Source: the human T2T-CHM13v2.0 reference genome, Homo sapiens
Strand: one strand, 5' to 3'
Length of the DNA stretch: 64,000 bases
NCBI RefSeq assembly: GCF_009914755.1
Contig: NC_060947.1
Both the position numbers and the translations under genes were made by a program. The notes under the pieces were generated by a model. That model made no database searches. It was not told where the DNA came from and saw only the letters and a program-made list of their open reading frames with translations. Every line of letters starts with the position of its first letter. The stretch's first letter is position 1. Shown here one piece after another: positions 54,900-64,000 of this stretch.

Positions 54900-55510
54900 A
54901 CTTTCTGTGTGACCTTAGGCTACTCCCTTCCTCTTACTGAACCTCAGTTTCCTCCCCTCTAAAAGAGACCATAGAACTAATGTATTTGAGTGTTAAGAAC
55001 CCTATCTCTACTTTAAACAGTTCCTAACTGATTTGACTTTGGGTTTTCTTCTCCTGGACCACTCTTATTTTTTATTTTTTTATGCCTTTTCGGGGCTACT
55101 TGATCTGTTATTGGTCTGCTGTTGCTAGAAATTGTTCTGTGGATGCTAAGAAGGTGAGTTGCTTCATATAGTCTATCAAGTGAGAACAATTAGGAAGGCC
55201 CCTATGGTCCTAGAAGACAGCTTATCATAGTATCTTTGAGATTTTACTCAAACCTTTACTTTAGAACTATTGCCTCTTTTAGAGGGGAGGAAACTGAGGT
55301 TCAGAAAGAGGAAGGGACTAGCCTAACAGAAAGTTATTCACATGCTCTGCTACTTCATAAGTAGCAGATCTTACTCTAGTAAGATGATTCAAGTGTCTCA
55401 TTTTTATAAAAATGATTGGGGCACAACGATATTATGTGATTTTTCCCCAAAGTAACATATCTAATTAGTAGCAAGGGCAGGATAGACCCCAGATCGCTTC
55501 ACTGTCTAGT
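54900..55510. mobile_element. Cluster of three MIR fragments (+ near 54900-55000; - near 55215-55330 and 55390-55510)
   Basis: tgtgtgaccttaggc...cctcagtttcc; ttttagaggggaggaaactgaggttcagaa. Confidence 0.65.
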
Positions 55511-55680
55511 AAGGTTTCCCAAAGTGTATTCCACTTAACACAAGTCCCTCAATATACTCTGGGTGGAGATCGGGGCATGAGGAAGAGGATTCTGAGGTCA
55601 AATAAGTTTGGGAAATGCCGCCCTGTCTAAGGAAGCCACAATGTGCATTGAAGACTCTGAGAAATATAGAGTAAGGGAAC
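55510..55680 (+). mobile_element. MER103C-like hAT fragment
   Basis: gtttcccaaagtgtattccac...ggtcaaataagtttgggaaatgc. Confidence 0.6.
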
Positions 55681-56439
55681 ATATCACTAATATTGTTATA
55701 GCATTTATGGCTTTCAGAGCACTTTCATAGCCATTTTTAGTTGTGTACTAGAAGAGACAAAGCAAAAATGCATATAAAGTAGATCATGGGATTGAAAAGG
55801 GGATAAGTGTAGCCATATAAACAAAGGGTGGCTGACAGTTGTGGAGGTTCAGCAAAGAGTCCTGCAGTTATTAGAATAAAACTGATGATTTTGGGCCTGG
55901 TCACAGTAATCAGATTGCTGAATCTTCATTTTATTTGAATTTATTTAAAGGATAACTCCAAAATCCTGCAAAGAGAAAGGAAAAAAAATTCTTAAGATAT
56001 TTATAGTATTAGGGGCTTTTAAAATGGATTTCCATCCATTGATAAAGAAATAAATACCCAAAAGAAGCAAGACCAGAAAGTAACTATTACTAAGCCGTCT
56101 TGTATTATTTCTCTTGGTCAAAATTTATTAAAAGTTTGAAAGCTCATTGTCCCATTAAATGTTGGTGTTAAGACTTCAGTTCTTTATTCAGAATGATTGG
56201 AGGTTATATTTTACACTTAACATTTTCCAGCTGGGGAACTGAGGTCACGACAAGAATGGCCACTCAAGAATTCTGTTGGTCCAGCAGTTAAGGTCATATA
56301 TGGGCTTCTTTTGTGGCTCAGGCAGTAGACTGCCATTGTTTTCATATTTCAATTTGATTTTCTTGTTCATAATTCAAGTTGGGAGTGAACTAAGTGGTAT
56401 ATTTTCTCCATAAGCCCATTGAGAGGCTGAGAATCTGCT

Positions 56440-56575
56440 TTTCTGCCTCTAGATTCTAAGTTAAGAAGAACAAGGGCAGGGTGCATGTCATTCCTCTTCA
56501 CCATTATATCACCAGTGGATAGCATGGGACCTGGAACACCATATATGTTTAGGATATAATTATTGAATAAATAAG
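56440..56575 (+). mobile_element. L2 3' end
   Basis: agggcaggg...cttcaccattatatcaccagtg...cctggaacac...ttattgaataaataa. Confidence 0.7.
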
Positions 56576-59194
56576 TGTTCTGTAGAGAAAGGAAAGTGGA
56601 TCAAGGTGGAAATCATGTACCTATTTGTAGTCTACTCAAAGTATACAAGCAATGTTTGTTGTTGATGATGTGTTTTTCTCATGATAATTGGGTTGTATTT
56701 GCAAGACCTCACTTATGGAAGCAAATTAATTGCTATTTAGGTTCTCTGACTGCTATTTGGGTAGGTGGCACAGTTGGATGATAGAAATTATAGTTTTTCT
56801 AACCAGAATCTCTTAGTGACAACGTATATTAGATCAGTGGGTTTCTAGTGAATTGGAGTAGAGGTAAAGTAATATCCTATATTTGGATTTTCGAAACAAC
56901 ACCTATTAATTATCCTCCTGCACCATCACCATTATAAAGATGTGGAAACTCAGTGTCAGTAACTTACCATGAGCACCTTACTGGTTAATGGTACCACCGT
57001 AACTCTGAGGTAAATCTACTGTTTTACAGTTTGGTGTTCTTGGCCACCCCTCCTGCTACCACTAATCAACAACATGGGGATTTGTCTTGGAGCTGCTACT
57101 TGGTTTCAGTACTGAAAAATATTTCAGGGACTCTGTAAAATTCTTGATGGGTCATCAGCCATTGACTAACTCACCTGAATTCCAACTGTGTCTGGTAAAG
57201 TTCTACCAAGGATGAATGTATTAACTTCTTTACAAGCTCAAAAAGTATTAGAGGAGGAATATGATATTACCAAGTGTTTACTGCCCACTTCTCATGTAGC
57301 ATAGGGGATATGTGAAAGCATACAGAAACATTCTGTACTTTTCAGGAGTTTGCAGCTCTGTACAGGAGGTCACATGGAAGTGCCTGGTATCTTCAGAGAA
57401 TAACGCACTATGATACAGACATGTTGCAAGTATGGCAAGCATTTAAGTGGTGCTGGAGGTCGGAGGAGGGAGGGATCAAGAAGTAAACTTCTTGTGATGA
57501 CAAGATAGTGGCTTTTGGGAGCAGACTTCAGTATTCTCTTTTTGCTCTAACTCTCCCTTTCTGATTCATTTTTTTTTTCTACCAGTTTGGTGGTTAATTA
57601 GATAAGCAGTGCCCCTACATCTACCACTAACTCACTTTGTTGATTTCCTATTCCACAGTGACTCCTCAGGGAGGAAGATAGGTGGTGGAGTTCATAATAA
57701 TGGTAAATATGTAGATGCCTACACCTTGGGGATACAGATTTTGGTACATGATATTATGGAAATAGGTGAACTTAGTTGGAGAACAGTTTTCAAAAGAACA
57801 AGCTATGTTTTGATACGTGTGGAGGGATTTATGCTGTCCTTGATATCAAAATTTTATGTTTCCATAAATATGTGCCTATTTGTAAGTAGTATTTCATGAG
57901 GGAATTAGGTGGATGGAAGCGTTGATAGTACAAAAGATTTTCCCAGTAGTAACAGTTAATGCATGCTTTCCCTTATAGCTTAAAACAGGTGAAGGGACTT
58001 GAAGTGAGATGCTTTTACTTGCATTAGAGTAGTTTCTCTGTAACCATGTTCCCCTTCCTCTTTATTCAGGTTTTCAGCATATACAATATGTGTATTAATT
58101 ATTAGGCTTTGCTGTGGGGCCATTTTTTATGAACCTCCAAATGTTGCTGAGTGTGGAATAGCTCTGGGGCTTGATAAAAACATGGCCTTTATTTTCCCAC
58201 CAGTCTTTCCAAATAAACCTACCTCATAGGAAAGTATAAAGTGGTTTACAGAAGAAGATTTGGAAGCCAAGTTCCCATCTTTGGAGTCAAATGGTTCAGC
58301 ATTCTGGCCTGGAGAATGGTGGGTAGAGGGGAAAATATGCTCCTTTGTGCCTTTATGCCTTCTCAGACTGGCTAACATCAGAGCTGCATAGCACATATTC
58401 TGAGCTGATGGAATTGGGTAAAAGCAGGTTTAATTTGATCTCAGCACTAGATTTAGGAGCAAGTCAACTCTGAGGAAAGATTCAGTTTCAGCAGAGTGGA
58501 GCTGAGAAGAAACCATTTGTTTTCATGAAGGAAAAATAATCTTTGAAGCAAGACTTCTATCCCTCTCTCCCTTCCTTTTTTTTTTTTAACTTCAGCTTCA
58601 TTTTCTTGATCTGCAAATCTCAATTCCTCAAAATCTCAAGCTATTTTTATGTGTCTTTTTTTCCTTTCATAATGTATAAACATTAGCAATAAAAAGTGAT
58701 GGATCAAGTTGTTAGAAAAGGGGGCAACTGTAGCTTTTTAGGACCCCACCTTGAGGAAATATTCTGTTATTTGAATCCCTCCTGGAGTGTAAATTCCCTC
58801 CTTAGGTGATGAGGTATGTATAAGTTTGCCGTAAAATTATTTTTGTTACACTGGGGACTCAGATACACTTCTACTCCTACTGCTGGGACTTGGTCTGCAT
58901 GAATAATTTGTGTGAACAAGTTGCTCCTGTCTGTAAGGAAACTGTTAAATCCTTGACTTTCCAGACACAAGGATGTCATCTTCAGGATCCTCACTGACTT
59001 ATATGGACAAATAGTATTGAAACAGATGACAATCTGAAGTTCCTACAGTAGGTTCAAAATCCAGGCAGATATCCCCAACAAAAGACTAATGAAAAAGTCT
59101 ACTCCGTATGAGAACCATGCCAGGGAAGGTCTTTGAATTCCTACTTCTCTCTGTTATGCTAAGCTCAGCTATAGATCTCACTTCCATGAGAACA

Positions 59195-59470
59195 AGGCTA
59201 GTCCTTGTGGCATTTGCAAGGAATTAGGCTGGGAATTTGTGGACTATGGTTCTAATTTCATCCCTGACATTAACTGACTAACCTTGAGAAACTTGTTTCA
59301 CTTTTTTGTTTTATTTTCTCTGTCTATAAAATGAGGGTGTAACTACATCTGCCCTAGCTGTTTCACAGAGATATTGTAAGAATGCAACATAAAAATGGGG
59401 TGTTTTAAAACCTGTTGAAAGATGTAAACAAAAGAGACATACAAACTAAAGGTATTGTCAGGTATCATTA
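59195..59470 (+). mobile_element. MIR SINE
   Basis: ggttctaatttcatccctgacattaact...tgtctataaaatgaggg...ttcacagagatattgtaagaat. Confidence 0.7.
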
Positions 59471-59917
59471 TTGTTAAATATTTTTGGAGCTCTTCAGGAG
59501 CAAGTTCTTTGGCATTGTCTCCCTAAGGAGACAATGGATATGAGACGCTATGAGGAAAAAGTAGGTAATAATACAAAACAGGAGGGTTGGCGGTGGTAGA
59601 GAGACTCTGGACCTTTCTGGAAGGGCTCAAGTGGCTGAAGGGAAAACAAACATTCATGGGCTGGCCCAAAGGGTAAAGAAAGTTCCTGCACCCCTAATCT
59701 ATGCATTGTGCGGTGATGGGGAAAATGGTACTCCCATTCTTTCAGTAAAAATGGTTGATATCTGAACCCAGCTTTGGTGACTCCTTTGCCAGTCCTAAGC
59801 TAGCACTGCTATGCAAAAAGAGACAACAAGGGGAAGAAGTCCTCACAAAGAAATTCCTGGGTTAGGGTAAAGCCAGGAATGCAAAAGCCTAAGGGAAAAG
59901 AGTGTTTTTTGGTTCTT

Positions 59918-60227
<310 letters not shown>

Positions 60228-60341
60228 ATTGTTCTTCCCATTTCTTCTCTCCCCTACAGATAACTTAAAATCCTTTATCTCTCCAAAAGACCAAGTACCA
60301 TTTAGCAAATCCTGCTACCTAAGTTGTAATGATCTCTTCAG

Positions 60342-60362
60342 CCCCCCCCCCCCCCCCCCCCC
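60342..60362. repeat. C21 homopolymer
   Basis: Read directly. Confidence 0.95.
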
Positions 60363-60538
60363 GCAAAGTAATGTTTGCTATGACAGAATTACAGTATGTC
60401 TGGAAGAGTTTGTACTTCTCTGTGATTTGGTACGAGGCAATTTAATCTACGTGACAAAGGGAGATATCTGATTTGTGGGAGCGCTGCCTCTTTTGATTTC
60501 CCTCTGTGCTACTGAAAGAATGGTTGGAATGATAAGAA

Positions 60539-60790
60539 CAGTATTTTTAAAGTGTGTTCTGGGCAATACTAATCTCTAGGTGTTTTTTGTTTGTTTTCAG
60601 AAAAGGGCTTCTATGGTCAAATAAATTGGGAAATGATTCATGCTATGATTCCCTCTAGGAAATGTGTTGTGCATGTTAGGATACCAAAAGCTTTGAGCAG
60701 TTTAACAGTAAAGGAATCTGTTTAACTTTGTTTAATCTAGCATTTCATAAACTTATTTCCTTTTGGAAGCCCCCTTTTCATATAATACCA
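60539..60790 (+). mobile_element. MER103C-like hAT element
   Basis: aaagtgtgttc...tggtcaaataaattgggaaatg...cagtaaaggaatctgtttaactttgtttaa. Confidence 0.7.
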
Positions 60791-61039
60791 ATCACTATTA
60801 CCCTTTAAGGCCTTTAAGAGGTAGATTCATTCTCAAATACCTGCATAGTTCAGATTGCTATGCCAGACAACAAAGCCTCAAGTTAGAGAATTCAGTATTG
60901 CTGGTTAGCCTTCTCCAAAATTAAAATTGCTGTGCTAAGACAAAGATAGAATCAGGGCGGTGATGTTTTCTGTCCAAAAAACTATTAAAATGTTACAGTG
61001 ATTCAACAACATCTTCATTATGAGATAGGCAAACAATGA

Positions 61040-61270
61040 AAGCGGTCCACACTTATTGCACGCTCAGTATGGGCCAGCCACTGTGCTAAGCGCTTTCTCT
61101 TGTTACTTCTAGGCATAAAAATGACCCAGCAAGATAGATTGAATGAGTCTTCATTTTAGAGCCCAGGGAACTGAGAGCTAGAGATTATGTAAATCACCCA
61201 AGGCCGCAGACCTAGTAAGAGGCAGATCTGGGATATGAATTTCGGTCTGTTCAACTCCAGAGTCGATGAT
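61040..61270 (-). mobile_element. MIR SINE
   Basis: cactgtgctaagcgcttt...cattttagagcccagggaactgag...cccaaggccgcagacctagtaagaggcaga. Confidence 0.8.
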
Positions 61271-61537
61271 TTAGATTTAAAATATTTAAAGTCAGACTCT
61301 GTTTTCTAAGTGGAAAATGGCATTTCAAGAAATCTCAAAATTCTGTATCTGAATAATGTATCAGCTAAGACTCTAAGGCATTCAGGAGGCTGTCTTTTGG
61401 TTAAGGGGGGCTCCACCTGCATCGCCAGAGTCAGTCTAAGTATAATTATAGGTATCAGCAACCTAGAGAACAGCTGGTTCAATTTAAAGTGCCCTAAGGA
61501 TCACAAGCATGGTCCTGTTTACATTTACAAGCTGATA

Positions 61538-61870
<333 letters not shown>

Positions 61871-62139
61871 TCAAGCCCATTTCCATCTTCTTTCACTGCT
61901 GTTCCTTGAGGCCACCTCTTTAAGCCACTTGCTTGGGTGCTTATAAATACAATGTCCCTCAGATGGGTACCTTTAATTGTCCCTCCTAATATCACTAGGT
62001 CCCTATCCATTCCTTTTTCATTGCTCTGGAGGGGTGGCTTAAAGCCTTATTTTGTGGACATAATGAAAACATGTCCACATGCCTCTAGACTAAGCTGTCT
62101 ACAACTGAAGAAATATGACATCCAACTAATTATAACTTA

Positions 62140-62345
62140 ATTTTATCATACATTTATTATTATATATATGTTCTAAGTATTTTACATGGATCAACTTATT
62201 TAATCCTCATGGCAACTCTATGAAGGAGGTACTGTTGTTATCCTCATTTTACAGATGAGAGAACTGAGGTTCGGAGAAGTTAAGTTACTCGCCTAAGATT
62301 ACACAGCTAGCAAGCTAAGTCTCAAACCCAGGTCTATATGACCTG
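62140..62345 (-). mobile_element. MIR SINE
   Basis: atttaatcctcatggcaactctatga...ctcattttacagatgagagaactgaggttcggagaagttaag. Confidence 0.9.
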
Positions 62346-62504
62346 GTTTGATGAATAATTAATGGTATTATGTGCTATTACTTATTTTATTATACTAGTC
62401 TTGCTGCGCCTGGATTAGCCTTCCTCCAACCAGAATCTTGCCTTTATTGTTAGTATGCTCATTGCCTCCTCCCGGCTCTGCCACTTTGGTAAATAGCTGT
62501 CTAG

Positions 62505-62699
62505 TTTGATGGTTCTCCAATGAGCATCAATGTGTATCAGAATTACCTGGAGGCCTTGTGAAAACCTGGATTGCTGGGACCCATCCCTAGAACTTCTGAC
62601 TTAGGAGGTTATGGAGCTTGGCAGGGGGAGGAGCAGTGAATTTGTATTCCTGACAAATTCCCAGGTGATGGTCCAGAGACCACATTTCGAGAACCATTG
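62505..62699. mobile_element. MER5A-like MITE
   Basis: tggttctc...atcagaattacctgga...gattgctgggacccatccc...gaccacatttcgagaaccattg. Confidence 0.85.
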
Positions 62700-62845
62700 A
62701 TCTCCTGTTACCACTCAATTAACCAACTCTTCTTAGAAACTGGTTTTCTCTTGAGCAACTCACTGTTTATTAAAACAGAACTAAATGTTTCCATTTTGAC
62801 TTATTTAAAACATCACCTAAACATGTATATCTCCAAGTGATTTTT

Positions 62846-63076
62846 AAATTATTTTTAATTGACAATAATTGTGTATATTTATGGGGTACAATGTGATGTT
62901 TTGATCTATCTATACACTGAAGAAAGATTCAGTCAAGCTAATTAACATATCCATCACCTCACCAACTTATCATTTTTTCAGGGCAAGGATGTTAAAAATC
63001 TATTCTTTCAGCTATTTGGAAATATATATTATTATTAACTGTGGTCACCATGAAGTGCAATAGATCACTTAACTTA
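62846..63076 (-). mobile_element. L1MA7-like 3' end
   Basis: ttatggggtacaatgtgatgttttgatct...caagctaattaacatatccatcacctca; 14-bp TSD tccaagtgattttt (62832-62845, 63077-63090). Confidence 0.9.
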
Positions 63077-63311
63077 TCCAAGTGATTTTTTAAGAGCAGT
63101 TTCACTGTACTGTGTCTTGATCGTATTCTTGAACCTAAGTAGTTTGGCATGCAAATGTGATTTCAGGGATTTACCTCCAATTAATTCCCCCAATGGCTTA
63201 TAGCCCACCCCCACCACCATTCACATCATACCTGAAAGACTTTATGTGCTATTTAACTTGATTAAGGAAATGGTAAATTGAAGCTTATTTACTACAAGAA
63301 TACTTAGTGAC

Positions 63312-63540
63312 AGGCAATATGGCTTGGGGATTAAGTACAGGGACATTGTAATTAGACTTGGGTTTGAATCTCAACTTTGCCTAATAACTAGCTGTGTAAC
63401 TGTGCTCAAGTGAAGTAACTTCTCTGAGCTCTATTTCTTGTACAGTGGGAGATGATAATGAAATCACCCTCATGAGGCTATAAATAAGATTATATATGTA
63501 TAGCATACCCTATCATGCCAGGTATTTAAAAAAAAAACTA
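63312..63540 (+). mobile_element. MIR SINE
   Basis: gacttgggtttgaatctcaactttgcc...tagctgtgtaactgtgctcaagt...ctctgagc. Confidence 0.8.
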
Positions 63541-63560
63541 AAGAAATAGCTGGTTTATGT

Positions 63561-63882
63561 TAGTGATTGCAAACCTCTAATCTTCAGGCCTGTGATATTC
63601 CAAAAATTGTTGCAAGAGATCAGTGACACTGTGTGCATACCAAAATAAAATCTCAAAGATAGAATTAATAAGAAGTAGCATGTATAGATGTACAATTCAT
63701 TTCCAATCTAATCTATGTAGATGCTGATTTAATTAGTAAAATACAAATTCACTTAGAGGTATGACTAATGATATGATAACTTTCTGTCATTATGTAGTAC
63801 ATTTTCATCAACAGATATTAAAAGACCAACTTTTTTGATATTTAAGAAAAATCTTCACACTTTAAAAAGTTGTGAAGCACTG
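63561..63882. mobile_element. Possible degraded hAT-Charlie element
   Basis: Loose terminal inverted repeats tagtgattgcaaac / gttgtgaagcactg. Confidence 0.35.
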
Positions 63883-64000
63883 GTTTATCTGAATAGTCTG
63901 TTAATGCACTATCCCCCAGCAGAGAGCAGGCCTCTGAAAGAGGGGAGGCCAGGTCAGCTTTGATGAGCAAAGGAGACAGAGGACATTCTAGAGCATGGGG

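Overview
AT-rich, CpG-depleted primate (most likely human) non-coding DNA, probably intronic or intergenic. I recognise no protein-coding gene, RNA gene, CpG island or CRISPR array. The window is a mosaic of old interspersed repeats (MIR, L2, L1M/L1P 3' ends, MaLR LTRs, hAT MITEs, Alus) around unique blocks, some of which look like enhancers. The largest structure is a three-level nest: a ~2.9-kb L1MA fragment interrupted by a full-length two-LTR THE1C-like element, which carries an AluS whose tail has become a 201-nt pure polypyrimidine/polypurine tract (GAA/AAGGAG on the minus strand). The sequence also shows several local rearrangement scars: a 73-bp templated copy of an L1/Alu junction 1115 bp downstream, a perfect 39-bp tandem duplication and a fold-back inverted duplication. 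A few weakly supported + strand candidate exons are noted. I cannot support a claim of a new biological system. Repeat subfamily names come from recalled consensus sequences and need RepeatMasker/Dfam confirmation; boundaries of old repeats are approximate.
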